Shown here one piece after another: positions 1-8,282 of a stretch of DNA of 64,000 nt. Numbering within the stretch: position 1 is the stretch's first letter; the number at the start of each line of letters is the position of its first letter. Made by a program: the position numbers and the translations under genes. The stretch lies in IMG/VR virus record IMGVR_UViG_3300004463_000226, positions 170,336 to 234,335 of that record. One strand, given 5' to 3'. Under the pieces are notes generated by a model. That model made no database searches and was not told the origin of the DNA. It was given only the letters and a program-made list of their open reading frames with translations.

Positions 1-1401
1 ATAGAATAATGAAGGTAAGATGATAGATGTTCCGTTACCATTTTCATCAGGATTTACTTTAAACTCAGTAATGTGGTCAACAGGGATAAATTGGAACTTC
101 AACTGCTTGTTATACACATCATTATAGATTAATGAGTTCAGAATAAGATCCTTAAACTTAGCATTAGTTTCTAAGAACTTTCTATTGAAACTCTTAACAA
201 TTTTGTCTGTGATCTTAGATAAGAATGCATTTTCAGCATCTCTAATATCTGTAGACCCAGGGGTTAATTTGATATTCATACTGAAAGGAGATTTTCTAAC
301 CTTTAAATCAGTTTCATGAATATAGTAGTACCCGATAGTTTCATCCAGAACCTTAATAGGAATAATCTTTCTAGGGTCAATCAACTTAATATAACACTCT
401 TTAATAGAACTAAAATCATTATCCTTAGAGTTTAAGTCGACAGTTCCGTCAGCAGCCATTAATTTGGTTTTGGAATTAGATTGTTTGTCCGCAGCAGATA
501 CCTTTTTCTGGAACTTAGGAGTATCTAATAGTTCATTTAATTCAGCACCTTCTAATACTGGAATACCCATATCTTCATTATATATCTCAATATTTTCAAG
601 TACACCATTAAAAGAACTTGCTACTTCCTTATCAGATATCTTGATATCTACTGGAGTAGATGCTTTGAAATTTTTAGCAAAATCTACATCAACACTCTCC
701 ATAGTAGCTTTGTACTTCATTGCGTCTTTTGCTCTCTTTTCATTATGACGCTGGAATAACTTTGAGTATGGTACGGTATATACATAGTATCGACCATATT
801 CTAATGTTTTTGGAATGATATGGCTCTGGAGCTTAGTCAATAGATTAAACTGCTTCTCCATGCTTTCAACCATACCAATGTAACTTTGTTTATCAGCATC
901 TTCCTCTGAGGAATTTTTAAATCTAAGTGTACGAGATACGGCACTTGATAAATCATCTGAAGAAATGATAGCATCCCTTGTTGCCATGATAGCTTCATTC
1001 AATTCAAATAACTGTGCAGATACTACACTTAAATCCTCAAATAAGATATTCTGATTACGATACCGCTCTTGAAAGAATGAGAACATATTTCCATTATCGC
1101 TTTCAAATATATCCTCAATCGTTTTAATAGGACTTCCTGCATGTTGTTCATTTTCTTGCTGATTAAAAAGCTTTACGAGGAACGTAGAAACATCATCACC
1201 AGTGAACTTAGTTAAACCCTGTATTTCCTGAAAAATTACATCATCTATGTCTTTAGCCATCTGTTGCAATTCTCTATCTCGTTTATTCGAGTTAGAACCC
1301 GATGCACCGTCCAAGAACTTAGTAACTAAATCATTTAATTTTACAAGGGGCTTTTCTACTTTCTTCACCGATGCTTTTAAATCATTATCCTTTTTAGCCA
1401 C
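1..1401 (-). CDS. Probable portal protein (N-terminal part; runs off left edge; absent from ORF track)
   Basis: Seen: GTG at 1401 after AGGTGAAGGAAA, frame translated open to base 1 (VAKKDNDLKASVKK...IPKTLEYGRYYVYTVPYS...KLIDPRKIIPIK...FIPVDHITEF...NGTSIILPSLF); AACA-N6-TA promoter at 1433-1444. Inferred: motif order resembles T4 gp20-type portals. Confidence 0.55.
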   Translation of the reverse strand, partial: MAKKDNDLKASVKKVEKPLVKLNDLVTKFLDGASGSNSNKRDRELQQMAKDIDDVIFQEIQGLTKFTGDDVSTFLVKLFNQQENEQHAGSPIKTIEDIFESDNGNMFSFFQERYRNQNILFEDLSVVSAQLFELNEAIMATRDAIISSDDLSSAVSRTLRFKNSSEEDADKQSYIGMVESMEKQFNLLTKLQSHIIPKTLEYGRYYVYTVPYSKLFQRHNEKRAKDAMKYKATMESVDVDFAKNFKASTPVDIKISDKEVASSFNGVLENIEIYNEDMGIPVLEGAELNELLDTPKFQKKVSAADKQSNSKTKLMAADGTVDLNSKDNDFSSIKECYIKLIDPRKIIPIKVLDETIGYYYIHETDLKVRKSPFSMNIKLTPGSTDIRDAENAFLSKITDKIVKSFNRKFLETNAKFKDLILNSLIYNDVYNKQLKFQFIPVDHITEFKVNPDENGNGTSIILPSLFY

Positions 1402-1432
1402 TTTCCTTCACCTGCCCTAGTATATATGTTTT

Positions 1433-1444
1433 TATACAATTGTT
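1433..1444 (-). promoter_or_regulatory. AACA-N6-TA promoter (AR9 non-virion RNAP type)
   Basis: Seen: plus TA-TACAAT-TGTT = minus AACA-ATTGTA-TA, 32 nt upstream of the portal-like start. Confidence 0.7.
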
Positions 1445-1461
1445 CAGGTAGCGGAAAACTA

Positions 1462-1492
1462 CAAAAAAAATAGAGAGCTATCAGCTCTCTAT
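1462..1492 (-). terminator. Intrinsic terminator
   Basis: Seen: ATAGAGAGCT-ATC-AGCTCTCTAT hairpin with A-tract on plus (U-tract on minus), downstream of 1501..1833. Confidence 0.75.
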
Positions 1493-1500
1493 TCACTTTG

Positions 1501-1833
1501 TCAAATGTATATAGTTTCTTCAACAACTAGATCATCGTCATCATCACGCAAGTATTGTGATGGATTTTCAAAGAACTTCTTCTTGAACTCTTTAACTTCA
1601 GCATAGTTCTTAAAGAATAATTCCTTAACAGGTTTAAAGAAATGATGATGATAGTTAAACCTATGACGACATATCTTAAATGTAACTGCTCCGTATACAT
1701 GAAATCCATGGTCTGGGTGATTATAAGCATTGAATCCACCATTTTTACCTGGAACCAATGGGTAGAATTCTCCTATTTTAAACTTACCCTCTATAGGTAA
1801 ATCAATACATTGACCAATCTCAACTTTAATCAT
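1501..1833 (-). CDS. Hypothetical protein
   Basis: Seen: 110-aa ORF with GGAGGG RBS, followed by a terminator. Confidence 0.75.
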   Translation of the reverse strand: MIKVEIGQCIDLPIEGKFKIGEFYPLVPGKNGGFNAYNHPDHGFHVYGAVTFKICRHRFNYHHHFFKPVKELFFKNYAEVKEFKKKFFENPSQYLRDDDDDLVVEETIYI

Positions 1834-1851
1834 TTATATCCCTCCTTTTAA

Positions 1852-2271
1852 TTACATGAATCTTCTATCGAATTCAAATCTTAGCTTTTGTCCTGTGTTA
1901 TTCTCAGGATGAACTTCTACATTCTCAAAGAATCTACTAGCGAACCGAGAATATTTCTTTCCATCTTTTAAACTTTCATATGATATGCGTGTCATCTGGG
2001 TCTCTTCATCAGTTTGTTTATCATAAACCAGATATTCATCACCTTCTTTATAGTGACGGTATATACCATATCTAACCTCAGGTTCTGGAAGTTCATATGT
2101 TTCACCAATGAACTCACTAAGTTTACGATGTAAGTTCAATACATCGTGTCTTTCATTTAGCATTAAAGCATAAACCATGTTACCACTAATAGGATCTCTA
2201 TCAAGAATATTGGCTCCACATTCAGAATCCTTACTATTTCTCATAATTTTAATCTCTTTCATTGTCATCAT
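1852..2271 (-). CDS. Hypothetical protein
   Basis: Seen: 139-aa ORF, AAGGAG RBS, overlaps upstream stop (ATGA). Confidence 0.75.
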   Translation of the reverse strand: MMTMKEIKIMRNSKDSECGANILDRDPISGNMVYALMLNERHDVLNLHRKLSEFIGETYELPEPEVRYGIYRHYKEGDEYLVYDKQTDEETQMTRISYESLKDGKKYSRFASRFFENVEVHPENNTGQKLRFEFDRRFM

Positions 2272-2561
2272 TCTCCTTTAAAATAATTATCAATTAATGT
2301 TTTAACCTCTGGGAATAACTCACAAAACTCATCAACAGTAAGTCTATCTTTTAATAATGAAATACTTGCATTCAACTCTACTTCTACTGAAACACCTTCT
2401 ACACCAGATATCTTTAACTCATCTTTCTTAAATTTCTCACTCTGAAAATGTTTAGCCTCTTCCATAGAAGTGACAACATGTCTTTCAGTACTTTCCCAAT
2501 CATCACCATACGTTGTCACGTATATAACATGAACTTCTTTCATTTTAGTCATAATTATCAA
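2268..2561 (-). CDS. Hypothetical protein
   Basis: Seen: 97-aa ORF in a coupled operon. Confidence 0.7.
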   Translation of the reverse strand: MIIMTKMKEVHVIYVTTYGDDWESTERHVVTSMEEAKHFQSEKFKKDELKISGVEGVSVEVELNASISLLKDRLTVDEFCELFPEVKTLIDNYFKGE

Positions 2562-2944
2562 TCCCTTAATGTTATTGGATAAAACTTATCTGGAACTACT
2601 TGTGGTTTAGGTAAAGGAGACAGATAAACTCTATAAGCTGTCTCTTCACCAACTGAAAAAACATCCCTTCCCATAGAACCTAAACATTGAAAGTGTTTAT
2701 CAAAAGCAGTATCCCCAGATATATAAAATACTGGTTTATTGTATATAACTCTTCTTTCATGAAGAATATACTCAGCTGTACAGTTTTCTCTAGGAATTTC
2801 AACATTAAATTTCTCTCTAATATTAGAAATAGCCCTCAAGACAACTTCAGCTTCTCTAATCTTTATATGAGGATCTTGTCTGTTAAGATATTCTTGATAA
2901 CCGTACATATTATCCTCCTTAGAATTTAATACATGTATATACAT
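2558..2944 (-). CDS. Hypothetical protein
   Basis: Seen: 128-aa ORF; start may be MYGYQE (AAGGAGG upstream). Confidence 0.7.
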   Translation of the reverse strand: MYIHVLNSKEDNMYGYQEYLNRQDPHIKIREAEVVLRAISNIREKFNVEIPRENCTAEYILHERRVIYNKPVFYISGDTAFDKHFQCLGSMGRDVFSVGEETAYRVYLSPLPKPQVVPDKFYPITLRD

Positions 2945-3569
2945 GAAAATTTGTTACGTCATCCTTAGTAATAGATATCATGGTTTCAAATAGATTAGGG
3001 TCATCTATATCCAAGATTGTTACACTCATAGGTAAACCAACTTTAATATGTGGAAATAATGCCTTTGTTAATCTAACACGTTTATCGCCTTCACCAAATG
3101 TAAGTATTTCGTTGTTGATCAACTTCTGGATATCTTCGTCAGTCAATAATTTTTCCGACTTCTTAGTGATACGGTCTACGATAACTCTATATGTATCTTT
3201 AAACGCATCAGTCATTTTAACATATCTACCAATAGGAAAATCTATCATATCTCCTGAGATAAATATACCATTATCATTAAATTTTAGATACTTGATAATC
3301 TTCTTGTTATCTCTAATGGTAACAAATACATCTTGAGAATTTAGCATCAGAGCATAACCTTCTGGTATACTAAATAATTTGAGAAGGTCATCTATCTGAT
3401 TAGTATATGAGAAATGTAATCCCATCTCCATAGCTAAACCATTATCATCTGTGAATATAACACCATTACGAACAACAAAGTAGCGAAGAAAAGACTTCTT
3501 CACTACTTGATTGATTGTATTTAGAACTTTAAGTTGTTTACTAACAACAGGTATTAATTGTTGCTCCAT
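2919..3569 (-). CDS. Hypothetical protein translationally coupled to DNA polymerase gene
   Basis: Seen: 216 aa, GGAGG RBS, TAATG stop/start overlap with the polymerase ORF. Confidence 0.8.
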   Translation of the reverse strand: MEQQLIPVVSKQLKVLNTINQVVKKSFLRYFVVRNGVIFTDDNGLAMEMGLHFSYTNQIDDLLKLFSIPEGYALMLNSQDVFVTIRDNKKIIKYLKFNDNGIFISGDMIDFPIGRYVKMTDAFKDTYRVIVDRITKKSEKLLTDEDIQKLINNEILTFGEGDKRVRLTKALFPHIKVGLPMSVTILDIDDPNLFETMISITKDDVTNFHVYTCIKF

Positions 3570-5395
3570 TACATTACCTCCCCAAGGTCAATAATAAGTG
3601 GTTCGGCAAACCATTTATTAACATCTTCTTTACTTAATACTACACGCTTACGTTTGTTCATCTTGAACTTATTACGAAGCATATCGTTAAGTTCAACAAC
3701 ATTTGGCATTCCAAACCACTTAGTTGCCATGTTAGCTACATTGCCTGTAAGTAGGTTATCAACGAAGTCTTTACCAGCGTCTTCAACTTTACCTTTCTTA
3801 TCAGCCACAGCATTTTTCATAGCTTCTTGGATATTTCCACCAATGATTAGTTTCCCTACCATACAGTTTGGAGCAATGTTGAATGCAATAATGATATGAG
3901 GATACATTGCTGAGAAGTCCATGTCAACGACATTATCAAAGATATACATACTTGGATTACCGAATACAGGTATACCCATGAAGTCGTTTAACTTTGGATC
4001 TGCTACTAATGCACCATCAAACTTTTCATCTTCATCATCTTCCTCATTATCCGCTTGATAATCTAGTCCATAGTCTAGATTGATGTTGTTACCAATGATT
4101 AAACCTTGCTTATAATACTCAATATAAGCTCGGTTCTTTAAGAAGACAGTCTGCTTAAATATTTTGTGATACACTGTTGCATTTGAATAAGCACGTTGAT
4201 ATACGTTATCAATATCAGATGTCTTTCTTTCAATTCCTAACTGTAGAAGAACGTCTTTTATATTGTACATGACGAACTTCTTATAGTCTTTATAAGGCAA
4301 TGTCTGGATATTAGCATCTTCACTATAGTCCAGCTTTTCATCACCAATCTCTTTCTTTGCTACTGCATTTAAGGCATAGGAACGTAGTTCTCCGCCACCT
4401 TTACGTAAACCCGCATAGAGTAACATTTGGTCTAGATATGCTGTATAAGAAGAAATCATAAAGTAATCTGATTTATTCTCAACTTTAAAGTTCCTAGAGT
4501 CTTTTTTATAAAATAAGGACTTAACTTTAAAATCCTTATGGCACATGATGTTAACAGGATCTAATCCTAAAGCTTTAATCCGTGCAATAATGTACGGAAT
4601 ATCGAACGCCATGTTCCAGATCATTATAAAGTCACGTTTCAGAGTATTGATCAATTTGAACATGTCTCTTATTAAATCGGGTTCATCATCATACATATAG
4701 AATCTATATTCGAGTGTACCATATGTTTCATCAAAGGCTTCATGTAATTCTTCAATGAACTCATCTATAGTATCTTCAAATTCTTGAATCTGTGGATTAT
4801 TAGGATTACGTAATAAGAACGTATAAGATACCATATCCTCTTCATCCACAATTGTAACTGCATTAATAGGACATTCACCATCTTTAGGGAAACCTTCAAT
4901 ACCTATAGAATCGACCTCTATATCTAGGTACTGCTTAGTTATAGGTTTCTCCTTATCATTATGATTGTGTAAGAACCATTGTATTCGATACCAGTTATCG
5001 ATATCATAATCTGAGCCGAAGACATTCTTATACTTATGAATGTTACTTATAGCTCTAAAGTTTTTACTCTGTTTCATCTTATTGATGAATTGCACATAGT
5101 TAGGTCCTGCTTGATCTGCTATATAGTACGGTAAATTTCTAAATGTGTACTTATGCATCTCAGCATTTTCAATTTCGATAAATGTGCGGTTATACTTATT
5201 ATTGATTGCATTTTCTTTTGCAAAATAGAATTCCATCTCAGGTGATTCGATTGTTTCTAAGTGCTTTTCCCCTGTCCTGAGATCTTTATATATAATATCT
5301 AGGAAATCTTTATAACCTGTGCCCTTGTTAGGTCTATGATAAATTGTATTCACAAGCATCAGATTTTCCTTATCTAAGTGTGGTAAGATTCTCAC
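3569..5395 (-). CDS. Family B DNA polymerase, N-terminal subunit (3'-5' exonuclease + motif A) of a split enzyme
   Basis: Seen: ExoI YLDIEVD, ExoII WNMAFDIPYI, ExoIII YNIKDV, motif A DMDFSAMYPHII; no motif B/C before the stop. Known: phiKZ-like phages encode a split PolB. Confidence 0.88.
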   Translation of the reverse strand: MRILPHLDKENLMLVNTIYHRPNKGTGYKDFLDIIYKDLRTGEKHLETIESPEMEFYFAKENAINNKYNRTFIEIENAEMHKYTFRNLPYYIADQAGPNYVQFINKMKQSKNFRAISNIHKYKNVFGSDYDIDNWYRIQWFLHNHNDKEKPITKQYLDIEVDSIGIEGFPKDGECPINAVTIVDEEDMVSYTFLLRNPNNPQIQEFEDTIDEFIEELHEAFDETYGTLEYRFYMYDDEPDLIRDMFKLINTLKRDFIMIWNMAFDIPYIIARIKALGLDPVNIMCHKDFKVKSLFYKKDSRNFKVENKSDYFMISSYTAYLDQMLLYAGLRKGGGELRSYALNAVAKKEIGDEKLDYSEDANIQTLPYKDYKKFVMYNIKDVLLQLGIERKTSDIDNVYQRAYSNATVYHKIFKQTVFLKNRAYIEYYKQGLIIGNNINLDYGLDYQADNEEDDEDEKFDGALVADPKLNDFMGIPVFGNPSMYIFDNVVDMDFSAMYPHIIIAFNIAPNCMVGKLIIGGNIQEAMKNAVADKKGKVEDAGKDFVDNLLTGNVANMATKWFGMPNVVELNDMLRNKFKMNKRKRVVLSKEDVNKWFAEPLIIDLGEVM

Positions 5396-5415
5396 ATTTT
5401 CACTCCCTTTCTTCT

Positions 5416-5427
5416 TATATTTGTGTT
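5416..5427 (-). promoter_or_regulatory. AACA-N6-TA promoter
   Basis: Seen: plus TA-TATTTG-TGTT upstream of the DNA polymerase start. Confidence 0.6.
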
Positions 5428-5467
5428 GATTGATTTATAAAAAACCAATTTGATCGATTCCATACTA

Positions 5468-5475
5468 ATAATATA
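5468..5475 (-). promoter_or_regulatory. TATATTAT promoter (early, virion RNAP type)
   Basis: Seen: plus ATAATATA upstream of DNA polymerase. Known: similar to AR9/phiKZ early promoter motifs. Confidence 0.6.
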
Positions 5476-5509
5476 TATTTTTAATTAAGGTATAATTTAG
5501 TATATAAAA

Positions 5510-5521
5510 AACACATACTTA
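5510..5521 (+). promoter_or_regulatory. AACA-N6-TA promoter
   Basis: Seen: AACA-CATACT-TA 20 nt before 5542. Confidence 0.7.
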
Positions 5522-5541
5522 AGATAAGTTAAAGAGAGGAG

Positions 5542-6687
5542 TTGGGTAGAATGACTATGTATGTAAACATTGATCTTCCTATCGAACGAGGGAGTTTGAT
5601 TAGTGAGATCAAATCTCTTCCTAAGATTACTGCTCCACCTAAAAAGAAGAAAGAAATATTCGATGAAGGTGAACCGTTGTTATTAACAGCGGTTGGTAAG
5701 AAAGGGAAGAAAGATAAAGGTAAGAAGAAGAAAAAAAATCAAATGGGTGAAGGTCTCAGCTTCATGGGTCTTAATGATGCTGATGTTACTACTGAGGATA
5801 CGTATGAAGAATATGATGAATCAGATGACAAACTCATTGATATTGAAGCTCTTCTGAATCGTGATGACGAAGAGGATGAGGTCGGAGGAATCATTGATGA
5901 ACAGAAGCGTAGTTACGAGAAACGTAAAAAGGATGAGAATCCTTTTAAGAAAGAATTCGCTGAAGAACTAACTCTCTTATATGATTTACTTGATGATTTA
6001 AATAAGTTTAATAAGGAACTTGACAAGAAGTATAAGACTATGGAAAGTAGTAAAGTTCGTGGAGTTAGTAAGTATACTAATGACATGATTATCAATATAC
6101 TTAATGCTAAGACTAGCAAACTTCAAGTTATCAAGGAGATTAACAGCCTTAAGAAAGTTATTGCTGACCTTAAGATTAAGATGGATGGTAAGAAAGGTGG
6201 GGCTGAAGGTGGTGTTGAAAGCACTGATGCATTGGCTACTAAGTATTTCCAAAACATCCTTAAGTTCGGTCGTAACAATTTCGTTAAGGAGTTTGGTAAT
6301 GATGACAATGATGGTGATGCTATCACTGATTTAGTTGCTCGAATTGAGCAGAATAAAATGGGATATAGTCCAGATGAAGATGAAAGTTTTCATGATCTAA
6401 TCCAAGAAAGATTAGAGAGCGAAGATAACCCGTTCCGTTCAGAAGCAGGATCTAAATATATCCAGTATGAAAACCTCGGTGTAAAGATTCAAATAAAAAA
6501 ATGTATTGATAATGGTGAATGGGAGTTTGTTGCTGTTGACCGTGACAATATGGAAGTACATGGATATCCTTTACCTCGCAAACGTGATGTTGGTAAAGTA
6601 AAATTCAATGATGGCTATGCTACTGATGAAAGGGGACGTAGTTATAAAGTAATTGAGTTTTATCTACCAGATGATTACGAAGATTAA
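5542..6687 (+). CDS. Hypothetical highly charged protein (Lys-rich then acidic N-terminus, coiled coil)
   Basis: Seen: 381 aa, GAGAGGAG RBS, AACA-type promoter, downstream terminator. Confidence 0.8.
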   Translation: MGRMTMYVNIDLPIERGSLISEIKSLPKITAPPKKKKEIFDEGEPLLLTAVGKKGKKDKGKKKKKNQMGEGLSFMGLNDADVTTEDTYEEYDESDDKLIDIEALLNRDDEEDEVGGIIDEQKRSYEKRKKDENPFKKEFAEELTLLYDLLDDLNKFNKELDKKYKTMESSKVRGVSKYTNDMIINILNAKTSKLQVIKEINSLKKVIADLKIKMDGKKGGAEGGVESTDALATKYFQNILKFGRNNFVKEFGNDDNDGDAITDLVARIEQNKMGYSPDEDESFHDLIQERLESEDNPFRSEAGSKYIQYENLGVKIQIKKCIDNGEWEFVAVDRDNMEVHGYPLPRKRDVGKVKFNDGYATDERGRSYKVIEFYLPDDYED

Positions 6688-6694
6688 TATAAAA

Positions 6695-6728
6695 AAATAG
6701 ATACCTGCGATTTAGCAGGTATCTATTT
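6695..6728. terminator. Bidirectional intrinsic terminator
   Basis: Seen: AAATAGATACCTGC-GATTTA-GCAGGTATCTATTT between convergent genes. Confidence 0.8.
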
Positions 6729-6729
6729 C

Positions 6730-7143
6730 TTATTTCGTTGCAAACTCATTAGATATCTTTTGAAAAGGTTCTGTAAATTCTTCACGCATCTTTTTTCTAG
6801 ATGCTTCTTTTATAGTAAGGATATTTTCCTTACTATATTTTTCAATCTTCTCATAATACATTATATTTAACTCTACAATTTCATTACTTAATTCATTAAG
6901 TAATTGAAGTATCTGCGCTGATGTTTCTGCTTCTTCTAATAGCTGTATAATACTGAGTATCGAACTTGTAAAAGTTGAGTCACCGATCGGGTCGTCACTA
7001 CCAATAAATTCCCTTAGACGTGCACTCATTTCTAAGAATCTAGGGAATCTTTCTTTAATTTCATTGGGTGAATATTTCAGAATAATAATACCCTTTTCAG
7101 CTAAATGTGGTTCTAATACCTCTATCAATTCATCCATATTCAT
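6730..7143 (-). CDS. Hypothetical helical protein, possible paralog of 7167..7613
   Basis: Seen: 137 aa; IKERFPRF resembles IRQMFPMF in the neighbour. Confidence 0.75.
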   Translation of the reverse strand: MNMDELIEVLEPHLAEKGIIILKYSPNEIKERFPRFLEMSARLREFIGSDDPIGDSTFTSSILSIIQLLEEAETSAQILQLLNELSNEIVELNIMYYEKIEKYSKENILTIKEASRKKMREEFTEPFQKISNEFATK

Positions 7144-7166
7144 ATTAACAGCTCCCTTAAATATAT

Positions 7167-7613
7167 TTATCTTTTAAAACTTTTAAATACGCTTTCAGCA
7201 ATGATATCAATAGCAGCATGACATTTTAAAAACTCACCATGTATTTCAACCTTTGTTTTATCCGTAGCCTCAGACGATAATCCTTCTGCTTTAGACATGT
7301 ATTCACCAATAGCATCAATATATGTTGATTGTAGGCATTTATATATTTTGCTAAGCTCACGATGATTTCTTACGTTCTGACAAGCTCGCATTGTATTTAC
7401 TACCACCAAAGGAATATTAAAGTTATAATCATCAGGAACAAGTTCTTCCCTAGGATCAAGTATATTCTGTATAGCCATAAATCTATCATTCAATGCAGCA
7501 AACATTGGAAACATCTGTCTGATATGAATATTTGTTAAAGGTATAATAGCCTTTCCATATTTCACTCTCATTTGCTCAAACAGTAATTCCATCGCATAAG
7601 TCTCTTTATTCAT
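7167..7613 (-). CDS. Hypothetical helical protein
   Basis: Seen: 148 aa, GAGAGG RBS, TATATTAT promoter at 7660-7667. Confidence 0.8.
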   Translation of the reverse strand: MNKETYAMELLFEQMRVKYGKAIIPLTNIHIRQMFPMFAALNDRFMAIQNILDPREELVPDDYNFNIPLVVVNTMRACQNVRNHRELSKIYKCLQSTYIDAIGEYMSKAEGLSSEATDKTKVEIHGEFLKCHAAIDIIAESVFKSFKR

Positions 7614-7659
7614 TTTTTTACCTCTCCCTTATTATTGATTATTTATATTACTCGATATT

Positions 7660-7667
7660 ATAATATA
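7660..7667 (-). promoter_or_regulatory. TATATTAT promoter
   Basis: Seen: plus ATAATATA upstream of 7613. Confidence 0.65.
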
Positions 7668-7690
7668 TAATTTTTGATATTAAAAATACG

Positions 7691-7724
7691 AAAAAAATAA
7701 CTAGGACCGAAGTCCTAGTTTATT
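7691..7724 (-). terminator. Intrinsic terminator
   Basis: Seen: ACTAGGAC-CGAA-GTCCTAGT hairpin with A-tract on plus. Confidence 0.75.
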
Positions 7725-8271
7725 AATAATCTAACGTACGTAATGAAGAACTCTTTGGTCTCTTAGGAGGTTTATTATTGATAATTTTATGCGCCCTAAG
7801 AGAGTCTGCATTAGAAACACTACCCCATTCAATTCTTATATGTCTTCCGAAGAATTGTCTTAAATGCATTCCAATATGGAAGTCATTTTCATATCTGTGC
7901 GGGTAGAAATTATCATATACAACTTCTTTAACTCCAGCCTGATTCAACTCTTTCATACAATCAGGACAAGGATAGTGAGTAACATATGCCATAGCCCCTT
8001 CTACTGATATACCGAGTTTTGCACACATAAGCAGTGCATTCTTTTCAGCATGGATAGTTCTTTTACATCCAATACGTCCATTTTCTTCAACTTCTAAATG
8101 TCCTATCTCATCACAGTGTGCAGCTCCCGATATACTTCCATTATAACCTTCAGCGATAATTCTGTTATTCTTTACAAATACACATCCGACATGTAGCCTG
8201 TCACAGGTCGATCTTTCTGATAGCAGATGAGCATTAGCCATATAATACTCATCAAATGTAGGTCTAGTCAT
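7723..8271 (-). CDS. dCMP deaminase (ComEB-like, cytidine deaminase superfamily)
   Basis: Seen: RSTC, GYNG, HAEKNA and PCPDC zinc motifs. Confidence 0.92.
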   Translation of the reverse strand: MTRPTFDEYYMANAHLLSERSTCDRLHVGCVFVKNNRIIAEGYNGSISGAAHCDEIGHLEVEENGRIGCKRTIHAEKNALLMCAKLGISVEGAMAYVTHYPCPDCMKELNQAGVKEVVYDNFYPHRYENDFHIGMHLRQFFGRHIRIEWGSVSNADSLRAHKIINNKPPKRPKSSSLRTLDY

Positions 8272-8282
8272 TTATTCTCCTC

